Origin: Planctomycetota bacterium
GTDB lineage: Bacteria > Planctomycetota > SZUA-567 > H5-PLA8
Length of the DNA stretch: 64,000 nt
Assembly (NCBI GenBank): GCA_038227045.1
Contig: JBBRQD010000004.1
Span: forward strand, 10,677 to 74,676
Direction of reading: 5' to 3'
The notes under the pieces are model-generated. The model was not told the origin of the DNA. It worked only from the letters and a program-made list of their open reading frames with translations, and ran no database searches. Made by a program: the position numbers and the translations under genes. Shown here one piece after another: positions 17,997-26,568 of this stretch. The first letter of the stretch is position 1. Every line of letters begins with the position of its first letter.

Positions 17997-18992
17997 CTGG
18001 CTACTGAGCGCTTCAATGAGCGCTTCCATGGCCGCGATGTGTTCGGCCCTTGCCAATCGCAGGCACTGCGAAGCGTCCGCACGCAGTCCGGCGTCTTGCA
18101 GTGTCTCTGGCTTTTGCATGGGAAAAAGCCGCGACAGCGTGCCGAAGCATTCCGCTTCATGCTCCAAATGAGCGGACGCTCGATTCAGCGGCGATGCGGC
18201 TGAAGCCCACGCCGCATCGTCGCACCGTTTCTTCAACCAGATCGCGGCTGCGGAACGCGCCTCGGCATAGTAGGCGGCGCAATAGCCCAGACTCCAATGT
18301 TGCGCGACGCGCGCCGTCTCAATCGCGGCCGACCAGGCATTGTAGGCAGCCGTGCCGGTGACAAGATCGGGCGGATTCTCGACGCGATTTCCAGCGGCGT
18401 CCAATTCCTGTCCGAGATGCTGGTCAATCGCCTCCTTTATTGCCGCACGCGCGGCCGCGTGCGCGTCATAATCCGCGAGCGGCCCGGTCGGGATTAGCAC
18501 GAAGATCAGCGGCGGATTTTCGGAGCCCAACTCCAGCGCATTTAAAGGAGCGTCGTTTTGTCCATCCAGAAATGTGCTGACGAGATAGTCTTCGGTTTGG
18601 TCGTCGAAGCCATACACAATTCCAAAGGCGGGGCCGTGCATGCCAAACGAAATCGCCGGACGGTTGTCGTCCAGGGCCTTTTCGATCGTGCGCATCCAGG
18701 CGAGCCGGATCTGGCGCAGATCGTCGGGCGTATAAAACGCATCGCGCAATCCCGCCATGCACGCGTAGCCCAAGCGCATGACGATCGCCGAGCAGGTTTC
18801 GTCCCATTGCCGTCCCAGCAGTCCGACAGGCAGCAGCCCGCGATGGATTTGCGTGCGCAATCCCAATCCCGAAAGACCCCAGAGGTCTTCCATCGGACGT
18901 TCGTCTTCGAGCGCTCGCAGCACGCCGGCCCATGCCCCCAGGAAGCTGTCCATGCAGGGCTGAAAACGGGCGTTGGATAGTTCAATCGACAT
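17979..18992 (-). CDS. hypothetical protein (possible BtrH_N/DUF4872-like papain-fold protein, tentative)
   Basis: Coding-looking 337-aa ORF from ATG 18992 (the track start 19040 is TTG). N-terminal FQPCMDSFLGAWAGVL...GLSGLG is reminiscent of BtrH-like cysteine peptidase folds. No firm motif match. Confidence 0.55.
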   Translation of the reverse strand: MSIELSNARFQPCMDSFLGAWAGVLRALEDERPMEDLWGLSGLGLRTQIHRGLLPVGLLGRQWDETCSAIVMRLGYACMAGLRDAFYTPDDLRQIRLAWMRTIEKALDDNRPAISFGMHGPAFGIVYGFDDQTEDYLVSTFLDGQNDAPLNALELGSENPPLIFVLIPTGPLADYDAHAAARAAIKEAIDQHLGQELDAAGNRVENPPDLVTGTAAYNAWSAAIETARVAQHWSLGYCAAYYAEARSAAAIWLKKRCDDAAWASAASPLNRASAHLEHEAECFGTLSRLFPMQKPETLQDAGLRADASQCLRLARAEHIAAMEALIEALSSQPEPRT

Positions 18993-19111
18993 TGTGTCCT
19001 TCAGCGTCCTCTCGCGGTTTTTAAAAGTTTGGATTTTCAATTTCGCCGAAGTTCATTATAGTGAATCCAAAAGCGAATGAGAAATCAAGAACGAGCAGAA
19101 AGCAACCGGGC

Positions 19112-19291
19112 ATGTCATTTTATTACTATACTGGAAGAGCGCTGGAAGTCATCGGCATGACGATCGTGGCGGCCGCGTTGCTGGCCGGCATGGGCGTCGA
19201 TGGAAATCCGAGCATGGGAAAGGAAATGTTGCTTCTCGGCGTTGGCGGCGGGATCTTTACATTTGGTTGGTGGCTTGAACAATCGAAGTAA
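19112..19291 (+). CDS. small two-TM membrane protein (hypothetical)
   Basis: MSFYYYTGRALEVIGMTIVAAALLAGMG...LLLGVGGGIFTFGWWL. GC-rich codon usage, unlike the AT-rich spacer that follows. Start could be GTG 19061. Confidence 0.4.
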   Translation: MSFYYYTGRALEVIGMTIVAAALLAGMGVDGNPSMGKEMLLLGVGGGIFTFGWWLEQSK

Positions 19292-19523
19292 TGTCCGCGA
19301 CTAAATCAGGTATTGGAGCGACAAAAGATATGTTAATTGTTAAGAATTCAGTAAAAATACGTGGCTATAACAATAATGAAATATGGCAAATCAAATCTTG
19401 GATTTTAGTTTTCTTGCGGCTTCGAAATTGTTTTTTAAGGATGACAGCTAATTTTGCTAGACAATGTGCGTTTAGTCTGTAGATTGCATACTCCTAAACC
19501 TTACGCAATTGATTTTAATAGTT

Positions 19524-20582
19524 ATGGATTCCCAGCTTCCACGAATTTTGGATGCCAATGCCAACCGCGCGCGCGAGGGCTTGCGCACCGCTGAAGATTA
19601 TGTGCGCTTCATACTGGGGGACTTGCACTGTGCTGAGCGCCTGCGTTTGTTGCGTCAAGCGCTCACGGATACGCTCCTGGCAATTCCTGAGTTGGGGCGG
19701 GAGTTGATTGAATCGCGCAATGTTTTGTCCGACCCGCTGCAGCCCGAGAACTGGAAGGACGTGTTGCGGCGTCTGGATGTCGAAACGCCGTTAGATGTTG
19801 CGCATCGGGGACTTAAACGAGCGCAGGAGGCGTTTAGAGTACTTGAGGAATATTTGCGCGGTTCGCATGGTCAAGATGCGGAAAAGATTTCAAAATTGCG
19901 CTATGGAACGTACGAAGCGGAGCAATGGCTGGTGTGCGCAAGTTCGGCAATGCGAGTTCTTCAAATGTCGCGAGTTTATGTCCTTTTATCTGCCGAACTT
20001 TGCAAGAATAAGGATGTAGTGAAGACAGCTCGTTCCGTCCTGAACGCAGGTGTAAAAGTGATTCAATTGCGTGAAAAGCAGAAGGACGATGCTGAATTAT
20101 TGACTCTGATGAACACCCTTGGTGCATTGTGTGTCGATCACGGCGCAATTTTTTTTAGCAACGACCGCGTTGATTTAGCAATTCTGGCAAAGGCAAGCGG
20201 GGTACATTTAGGACAGACAGATCTTCCCCCTCAGGACGCGCGCCGAATTGCCGGAGGACGCCTGCTTATTGGGCGTTCGACGCATTCCGCGAGTCAAGCG
20301 CGCCAGGCGGTGGAGATCGAAAAAGCCGATTACATCGGAATCGGGTCGATGTTTGAAACACAGTCAAAAGCGAAGTTTGTAATGGGTGGGTTGAAACTGG
20401 CGGAAGAAGTTGCAGCGTTGAACTTGCAAGTTCCCGTGTTCGCGATTGGCGGCATCACCGCCGATCGACTCCCTGCTCTAAAAAAAGCGGGAGTGACTCG
20501 GGTTGCGGTTTCGCACGCAATCATCGGAAGCGCTTCGCCTGAGTTCGAGGCGCGAAAGTTTGTTGAAATATTGGCTGCATAG
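19524..20582 (+). CDS. thiE: thiamine-phosphate synthase with N-terminal ThiD2-like extension
   Basis: C-terminal TIM barrel: VIQLREK..., NDRVDLA...GVHLGQTDLP, IGRSTHS, DYIGIGSMFETQSK, PVFAIGGI. N-terminal LPRILDANANRAREGLRTAEDYVRF is typical of the ThiD2 domain fused to some ThiE proteins. Confidence 0.85.
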   Translation: MDSQLPRILDANANRAREGLRTAEDYVRFILGDLHCAERLRLLRQALTDTLLAIPELGRELIESRNVLSDPLQPENWKDVLRRLDVETPLDVAHRGLKRAQEAFRVLEEYLRGSHGQDAEKISKLRYGTYEAEQWLVCASSAMRVLQMSRVYVLLSAELCKNKDVVKTARSVLNAGVKVIQLREKQKDDAELLTLMNTLGALCVDHGAIFFSNDRVDLAILAKASGVHLGQTDLPPQDARRIAGGRLLIGRSTHSASQARQAVEIEKADYIGIGSMFETQSKAKFVMGGLKLAEEVAALNLQVPVFAIGGITADRLPALKKAGVTRVAVSHAIIGSASPEFEARKFVEILAA

Positions 20583-20721
20583 ACAAAGTGATATTTCAGT
20601 TTATAGTACAGTGGCATTGCATGTGCGCGAGGGTCTTGCTTTGATCCAGAAGCTCGCCGAAAATTTGTTTGAGTGTACAATGCGATGTCAATCCGCGAAG
20701 ACGAAAGGACGATTGAACTAA

Positions 20722-21564
20722 ATGAATGGAAATCCCACATCTTCGGGCTCAATGCCTGCACAGCCCGCATTGATTGCTCGAACTTTTCCTCAGCGCTTGG
20801 GCATATTCGTCGACGTGCAGAATATGTTTTACTCTGCAAAACTGCTGCATCAAAGCAAGGTCGATTATGGCCGGTTATTGCGCGAAATCACAGGCACGCG
20901 GCACCTGATTCGTGCCATCGCCTATATTGTTCAGAAGCCCGACGTCAACCAGGCTGGATTTCACGAAGCCTTGAGCCGATTCGGCTATGAACTCAAGATC
21001 AAAGAGTTGAAAATTCGTCCCGACCCGGATGGCCGTGCCGGAACGACGGCAAAAGGATCCTGGGAAATCGGCCTGACGATCGACGCGATCACCATGGCGC
21101 AAAAACTGGACTGCGTGACGCTGGTGACCGGAGACGGCGACTACGTTCCGCTCGTCGAGTGCTTGAAGATGAATGGCTGCCGCGTCGAAGTGGTCAGTTT
21201 CGAACGCTCGACTGCCGGTGAATTGGTCAAGGCTGCCGACCAGTACATTCCGATCCAGGAAGCCTGGATTTTCAAGGAAAAGAAATTCGAAGGTTCGATG
21301 TCGTCGTCGGCACTCATGCCCAGCGTTACGGTCCCGACCAGCGGCCTGTACGACGGATTGCCGCACGACGAATTTCTGGACGCCGCCGATGCCACGGTCG
21401 CCGCGCCGGTCAACGCCTCGCAGTATGTCACCCCGCGCTTCGCGACCGACGCGCCGCCTTACGACGACGAAGTCCAGCCGCCCAATGTCCATCACAACGC
21501 AACGGCGCGCGGCCGGGAACGTGGCGCCAAAAACAGCGGCCTGGACCTCGGAATTCTCTCCTGA
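20722..21564 (+). CDS. NYN/LabA-like (DUF88) domain protein with disordered C-terminal tail
   Basis: LGIFVDVQNMFYSAK...IRAIAY...TLVTGDGDYVPLVECLKMNGCRVEVVSF is the NYN ribonuclease-like fold signature. Confidence 0.8.
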   Translation: MNGNPTSSGSMPAQPALIARTFPQRLGIFVDVQNMFYSAKLLHQSKVDYGRLLREITGTRHLIRAIAYIVQKPDVNQAGFHEALSRFGYELKIKELKIRPDPDGRAGTTAKGSWEIGLTIDAITMAQKLDCVTLVTGDGDYVPLVECLKMNGCRVEVVSFERSTAGELVKAADQYIPIQEAWIFKEKKFEGSMSSSALMPSVTVPTSGLYDGLPHDEFLDAADATVAAPVNASQYVTPRFATDAPPYDDEVQPPNVHHNATARGRERGAKNSGLDLGILS

Positions 21565-21602
21565 GCAACGAACCGCGAAAAGCATTGACTCCGAATCCAA
21601 TA

Positions 21603-21635
21603 CAGGGCGGGTTAGAAACCCGCCCTGCTTTATTT
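21603..21635 (+). terminator. rho-independent terminator
   Basis: cagggcgggtt-aga-aacccgccctg followed by ctttattt, 39 nt after the NYN gene stop. Confidence 0.75.
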
Positions 21636-21669
21636 GCAATTATTTTAAGTTCGGCGCGTTAAGAATCCT

Positions 21670-21843
21670 ATGCTGGAAACCCGCTACATCCTCGCCATCT
21701 GCGTTCTGGTCTTCTGGATCGTGGTGCGGCTTTTTCTCATGCATCGCCGAAAAGTCTTGTTTCAACGCTGGCGAGAACGGGAAGAGGCAGATGCGCGTGA
21801 GGAAAAGCCGGTTGACGTGAAGCCCGAAGAGCCGCGCACGTAA
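21670..21843 (+). CDS. possible 57-aa single-TM protein (below ORF-track cutoff)
   Basis: Manual translation: MLETRYILAICVLVFWIVVRLFLMHRRKVLFQRWREREEADAREEKPVDVKPEEPRT*. The stop codon lies in the family D hairpin. No homology evidence. Confidence 0.3.
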   Translation: MLETRYILAICVLVFWIVVRLFLMHRRKVLFQRWREREEADAREEKPVDVKPEEPRT

Positions 21844-21890
21844 CTAAGCGGCTTTATCTTGCTGGGACGCTTACTGACGTGCGCGGCTCT
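21828..21890. repeat. Repeat family D, second copy (23-bp arms, 2 mismatches)
   Basis: agagccgcgcacgtaactaagcg, a 17-nt loop, then cgcttactgacgtgcgcggctct. Contains the stop of the + small ORF (TAA 21841) and the stop of the - histidine kinase (21871). Confidence 0.8.
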
Positions 21891-23856
21891 GAAGTGCGAG
21901 TGAATTCCCCGCCGGCAGCGTCAACTCAAAACACGCGCCATCCTTGACGTTTCGATTCAATTTCAAATCGCCGTTCAGATCGCGCGCCAGACGCTTGCTG
22001 AGCGCCAATCCCAGCCCCACGCCCGGCGCACTGTGCGCCGCCTGACGCGCGGATTTCGAAAACGGCTGGAACAACCGCCGCACTTCCTGAGCGGAAAATC
22101 CCGGTCCGCTGTCGCGCACTTCGATTCGCGCCCACTTTCCCGAGCAGGTGCCGGCGATCCGGATTTCTTTGCGCTCCGACCCCGCCGCGTATTTGCACGC
22201 GTTGTCCACGAGGTTGAACAAGATCTGTTCGACGGCCGACACATCCGTGGTCAAACTGGCCGCGGCGGAGTCCTTGTCCACGTCAATATGCAGCGTCATG
22301 CCCGCCTGAACCGCGCGTTCGGATAGACGTGTTTTGACGGCGTCGAACAAATGATTCAGATCGACGTGTTCGACGCGGCTGCGCGCGCTGCTGCGTTCCA
22401 GTCGCGCATAGGCCAGGACGTTTTCCACAAGATGACTTAATCGACCGGCTTCGGCGCTGAGCGTGTTCAAATAACTTTGGCGCGCCTCCTCGCTCGGCAC
22501 CATGCCGCCGGCGAGCATCTCCGCGTACATGCGAAACGTCGTCAGCGGCGTGCGCAGTTCGTGCGTGACCGCCGAAACGAACGCGCCGCGCCGTTCGCTC
22601 AAACTCACCGCGCCGAAAAGCAGCGCCGCCACCGCGCCTGCCGCAAGCAGCGCGAAACTCCAGGCAATCAGAAGTGAGAGCCTCACCGGCGAGAGCGTTT
22701 CGGGAGGATCGAGCGGGATGATGTTTCCGGGCGTGAGATTCGCCGGCAACGCCGCGAGCATATTCGACGCGCGCTCGCCGGCGGTGCCCGTGACTCCTGC
22801 GGCTCCGCCAGCGGGAGCCTGCTCCAGACGCGCGTCCGGCAGCAGATCGCGCACATCCGACAGGAGCCGTTCCTGAAGCCACGGCCAATCCAGCCAGCAG
22901 CCCTGCACGTACACTTTTCCACCGACCGAGACGCGCCGCGCCAGCAGCAGCGCCTTGCCCGCCCACACGGGCTTCATCATCCCCTGGGTGACATTCGGTA
23001 GCGTATCCATCCGGCACGACAGCGCTTTGGATTGAGAGATCTGCGGGTTTTGAATGGCGTTGGCGAGCTGATTCTGCGGCGAGTTTATGTTGGAGTTGCC
23101 GGCGATCGCCTGCGCCTCGTCGTAGCTGCGCTTGCGGTTCTGCCATTCCGCCGAACTTTTATTTTCGCCGTAAAATGTTTGTTTGCGTTTGTTGTTGTCT
23201 TTCGATTCGCCTTGCTGCTGATCGTTGTTGTCTTTGGCTTGAGGCTCTTTCAAATTGGCTTCGCTCTGCTCCTTGGAATCTTTGGGATCATTTTTTGAAT
23301 TATCGACATTGTTGATGAACGCGACGGGCGGGTCCGCCGGGATCTTCTCCTCCGGCAGCATCGCCAGCAGCATGTCGCGCGAAACCTGCGCCTTCAATTC
23401 GCGCATGCGTTCGGCGGCGGCGGAGACTTGCTCCGGCGACGCGCAGATGCTTTGCGCCAGATTCATTTTGGTTTTCGGAGGCACCTGCGGCGAGGCGATC
23501 TGTCCATCGGGATCGAATTGAAAATACAGAATCGCGTGCGGTCCGGTTTCGGTCAACAGCGGGGACGCCAGCAGCGCTTCGCCGTTGCGCGCGCTGTTGA
23601 ACATTTCGCCATACGCGCGGCCAGCCGGATAAAACGCGCCGTACGCAAAATAAGGCACCGCCGTTTCCTGAGCCAGCAACGGCGCCAACGACGAATCCAT
23701 GCGCCACAGCGCCAGCCGCACATTCTCCTCGCGCACGGCCTGAGTCCGCGACTGCTCTTCAAGCCGCAGCACAGTCAGACTGGTCCAGCCCATCGCGGCG
23801 AGCACGATGATCAGGCAGAGGCCGAAGGCGGCCCAGATGTGCCAGGGACGGGTCAT
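21871..23856 (-). CDS. sensor histidine kinase
   Basis: HisKA H-box VTHELRTPLTT and an HATPase_c region (NLVDNACKYA, DSGPGF, GVGLGLALSKRLA). N-terminal TM plus a large sensor region with a K/D/N/Q-rich low-complexity insert. Start placed at ATG 23856 because the track TTG 23889 lies inside the repeat element. Confidence 0.88.
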   Translation of the reverse strand: MTRPWHIWAAFGLCLIIVLAAMGWTSLTVLRLEEQSRTQAVREENVRLALWRMDSSLAPLLAQETAVPYFAYGAFYPAGRAYGEMFNSARNGEALLASPLLTETGPHAILYFQFDPDGQIASPQVPPKTKMNLAQSICASPEQVSAAAERMRELKAQVSRDMLLAMLPEEKIPADPPVAFINNVDNSKNDPKDSKEQSEANLKEPQAKDNNDQQQGESKDNNKRKQTFYGENKSSAEWQNRKRSYDEAQAIAGNSNINSPQNQLANAIQNPQISQSKALSCRMDTLPNVTQGMMKPVWAGKALLLARRVSVGGKVYVQGCWLDWPWLQERLLSDVRDLLPDARLEQAPAGGAAGVTGTAGERASNMLAALPANLTPGNIIPLDPPETLSPVRLSLLIAWSFALLAAGAVAALLFGAVSLSERRGAFVSAVTHELRTPLTTFRMYAEMLAGGMVPSEEARQSYLNTLSAEAGRLSHLVENVLAYARLERSSARSRVEHVDLNHLFDAVKTRLSERAVQAGMTLHIDVDKDSAAASLTTDVSAVEQILFNLVDNACKYAAGSERKEIRIAGTCSGKWARIEVRDSGPGFSAQEVRRLFQPFSKSARQAAHSAPGVGLGLALSKRLARDLNGDLKLNRNVKDGACFELTLPAGNSLALQSRARQ

Positions 23857-23868
23857 TATTTCAAATCC

Positions 23869-24119
23869 ATCCCGAAGGGATTGCGGCAATTAGCCGGTGG
23901 TTGCGGCCGTACCCGGCCGACACCACCGGATACGCATCGTAAAGGTTCCCGCACCCCGGCAGGGGTGCGGGCAATGTTTGAATTCATTGACAAAACTCCA
24001 ATTGCTTCGTTATCTATGCTGGCACCCTTCCAGGGTGCGGAACAATTTTGAATCCAATCCGGTGGTGTCGGCCGGGTACGGCCGCAACCACCGGCTAATG
24101 GCTATAATCCCTTCGGGAT
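23869..24119. repeat. Repeat family C: 251-bp hairpin-rich element (MITE/REP-like or structured RNA)
   Basis: Outer 13-bp IR atcccgaagggat/atcccttcgggat. A 41-bp perfect IR ttagccggtggttgcggccgtacccggccgacaccaccgga (23890-23930 versus 24058-24098). Two internal GC hairpins (gcacccc-ggca-ggggtgc; gcaccc-ttcca-gggtgc). No credible ORF. Confidence 0.85.
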
Positions 24120-24143
24120 AGCACGGAATCGGCTCCTTTTATC

Positions 24144-24839
24144 CTAGCCCGCACTAAACATATACCCTTTCCCCCGCACCGTCAGCAAAACCTTCGGCTC
24201 CCCCGAATCGTCGCGCAATTTCTCGCGCAACCGAACCACATGCATGTCAATCGTCCGCGTCTCCGCGCCTTGGGCGCTGATGCGCCAGACGCGCGTCAGA
24301 ATCTCTTCGCGCGAAATAGCGCGGCCCGCGTTGATCGCCAGGTAGCGCAGCAGTTCCGCTTCGCGTTCGCTGAGTTCCTTGCGCAGGCCGTCGGCGTAGC
24401 GCACTTCGCGCCGCGCGAGGTCGGCGCAGCCGCCGTGAAATGGAATCTCTGAAATATCGGATGGGCGCTCCGGTGAGCGGCGCAATACCGCTTCGACGCG
24501 CGCGATCAGTTCTTTGACGCTGAACGGCTTGACGACATAATCGTCCGCGCCCAGTTTCAGCCCCTGCACGCGGTCGGTTTCCTCGCCGCGCGCGGTCAGC
24601 ACGATGACCGGCAGAGCGGGGCGGCTCTTGCGGATTTCGCGCAGAATCTCCAGCCCATCCATGCCCGGCAGAACCATGTCGAGCAGCACCAGGCTGCATT
24701 CGCTCTGCACCGCCATCTCCAGGCCCTTCACGCCATGCCCGGATTCAATCACGTTAAATGCGTAAAAACGCAGCGCATCCACGATCCCTCGCCGGATGGC
24801 CGCGTCGTCCTCAATCACGAGTATTTGTTTCTGCGCCAT
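24144..24839 (-). CDS. OmpR-family response regulator
   Basis: Receiver ILVIEDD...LVLLDMVLPGMDG...VIVLTARG...DYVVKPF plus a winged-helix C-terminus (LTVRGKGY). Confidence 0.92.
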   Translation of the reverse strand: MAQKQILVIEDDAAIRRGIVDALRFYAFNVIESGHGVKGLEMAVQSECSLVLLDMVLPGMDGLEILREIRKSRPALPVIVLTARGEETDRVQGLKLGADDYVVKPFSVKELIARVEAVLRRSPERPSDISEIPFHGGCADLARREVRYADGLRKELSEREAELLRYLAINAGRAISREEILTRVWRISAQGAETRTIDMHVVRLREKLRDDSGEPKVLLTVRGKGYMFSAG

Positions 24840-24905
24840 ACCTTCAGTTTACCCCGAAGGGCGCGGGCGGGTGTAACTCGTTTGTAACAAACGAAAAGAG
24901 GTGAG

Positions 24906-25547
24906 TTAGGGCCTATCCTTTTTCAACTGCGCGATTTTCGCCTGCTTTTCGCGGATTTTGAGGCGCAGATATTTCACGCGTTTGACGGCATCGACAACGG
25001 CTGGATCTCCCGATGTCAGCCCCACATCCGGTGCGTCTGCCCAGCAGCGCATCGCCAATTCGCCCAATTCGGCGTGTGCGGTCTTAAGATTGTAGCGGAG
25101 TTTCTCCAGTCCCGCATGGTTTACACCAATATGGGTGTAGCGTTGAGCGGTCGCCCCGGCGCTTCGCAATCCGTCGCCGAGCTGTTCGAAAAAGCCTTTT
25201 TCATCGGGCTTTTCCGCATCGCACGCGCGCTTTCCTTTTGCGCCTTTTCCGCCCATTCCGGCGGGTTCGCCGTCATCCTTTTCAAACTCCGTGACTTCTT
25301 CGGCGACGCAGGTTTCGGCATCGTCCTCAATGACCTCTTCCGCATAGTTTGCGTGAGGGTTCTTGGACGAGGACGAGGACGAGTATCCGCGAGCCTTTTC
25401 GGCGCGTTCAAATTCTTCCGGATCGAACCATCCGTTAGATTCTTCTTCAATATATTCGGGATGCAGGGGCCGCTTCTTCGAAGAGTCCGGAGGCGGATTG
25501 TTGTCAGCCGGCCGGGAAGACCCGGGATTGCGGTCGTTGGGATTCAT
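24906..25547 (-). CDS. hypothetical acidic/low-complexity protein with C-terminal coiled-coil
   Basis: 213-aa ORF, co-directional with its neighbours. The N-terminal half is Pro/Ser/Glu/Asp-rich. The C-terminus is VKYLRLKIREKQAKIAQLKKD. Confidence 0.55.
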   Translation of the reverse strand: MNPNDRNPGSSRPADNNPPPDSSKKRPLHPEYIEEESNGWFDPEEFERAEKARGYSSSSSSKNPHANYAEEVIEDDAETCVAEEVTEFEKDDGEPAGMGGKGAKGKRACDAEKPDEKGFFEQLGDGLRSAGATAQRYTHIGVNHAGLEKLRYNLKTAHAELGELAMRCWADAPDVGLTSGDPAVVDAVKRVKYLRLKIREKQAKIAQLKKDRP

Positions 25548-25631
25548 AGGGCAACTCCAATGCGGTGCAGCGCGTCCAGAGGGTGCGTAGTGTAACGCAT
25601 ACCACTCCCCCGCGCAGCACCGAATTCAGGA

Positions 25632-25838
25632 TCAGCGCGTCTTCTTCTTCGCGTTCTCGATTTCCTTCGCGATCTTCGCGTCTTCCTTCTGTTGTTTTAT
25701 CTCGTCGGGCGTAAGGGCGCGCAAAAATTCGTATGCGGTCCAGCCAATCGAAATAACAATAAACAATATAGCCACCATCAAAAAAGTTTTATTCGAACCG
25801 TCTGGTTTGCCTTTAATTATGGGCGCTTTTTCTGCCAT
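25632..25838 (-). CDS. small single-TM protein (hypothetical)
   Basis: ATG 25838 lies 6 nt after GAGGGGGA. MAEKAPIIKGKPDGSNKTFLMVAILFIVISIGWTAYEFL, then a Lys/Glu-rich tail. Confidence 0.5.
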   Translation of the reverse strand: MAEKAPIIKGKPDGSNKTFLMVAILFIVISIGWTAYEFLRALTPDEIKQQKEDAKIAKEIENAKKKTR

Positions 25839-25995
25839 GTCGATCCCCCTCGCCTTTCGTCGTTCCCTCAAATGCAATTCGTTGTTCCGTAAGTTGACTC
25901 GTGTACGATTCTGGACACTACAAGAAACGCGGAAGGATGAAAAATAGACGATCGCAGCGCGATTTCATCATTCCTTTATCCTTTGTTCGTGCCTG

Positions 25996-26463
25996 CTAAA
26001 TGAGCGCGCAAATCAATGCCGCGGCAACGAAAATCAGCTCCAGCGACGCCAGCCCCATGCTGGCGCCGTGAAGTTTTCCGAACAGCACGTGCGCCGGATT
26101 TTCGAGGTTCGGATCGCCCCTGAATTGTCCGCGCAGTTCCACCATTTTGGGTTCGAGGTAGAGCGTGACGAACATGGCCAGAAGAGTCGCAAGCACCAAC
26201 ATTGCAAATCCAAACTTGCGCGGCTTCTGGCCGCCCGATGTATCGCAGCACAATGCGCCGTGAGCCGTCAGAGCCAGCACCGCCAAACCGAGTTTCATCC
26301 ATCCGCCGGCATGTAAAATCGCGCCCATGATGTCGCCGGCGGTGGTGATGGTGACGAAGCCGCCGCGAAACACGTAATGCGCCGCGATGAACGTCATCAC
26401 GCCGGCTCCGAGCCAAATGCCCAGGCTCACTCCCCGAATTGCGCGTGCGAGTTTGGTCAACAT
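25996..26463 (-). CDS. four-TM membrane protein (DUF4149/TMEM205-like, tentative)
   Basis: 155 aa with four hydrophobic segments and no soluble domain. Confidence 0.55.
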   Translation of the reverse strand: MLTKLARAIRGVSLGIWLGAGVMTFIAAHYVFRGGFVTITTAGDIMGAILHAGGWMKLGLAVLALTAHGALCCDTSGGQKPRKFGFAMLVLATLLAMFVTLYLEPKMVELRGQFRGDPNLENPAHVLFGKLHGASMGLASLELIFVAAALICALI

Positions 26464-26568
26464 ACTGAAAGGTTCCGTGAATCCATGGAGCTACCGGAGT
26501 CGGTATAGCCGGAACCCATTGGCAATTCAATGACAGTTGATAATTGAGCGGACGGCACCCATTTGGAT

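Noticed and set aside
19292-19508. AT-rich 217-bp spacer upstream of thiE, examined for a TPP (THI-box) riboswitch. Also the 63-aa ORF 19291-19482.
   Set aside because: I could not find the conserved CUGAGA / ACCUGAUCUGGAUAAUGCCAGCG-type THI-box elements. The ORF has AT-rich, non-coding-like composition and no motif.
23100-23300. K/D/N/Q-rich low-complexity stretch in the histidine kinase sensor region, considered as a frameshift or foreign insert.
   Set aside because: The reading frame is continuous with the flanking sensor sequence and no repeat-family signature is present. It is most simply a disordered linker.
23897-24121. 74-aa ORF inside the family C element, and the 88-aa ORF 38487-38753 inside the related element.
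   Set aside because: Both are read-throughs of inverted-repeat DNA; the peptide is partly mirrored by the palindromes. There is no start context and no coding signal.
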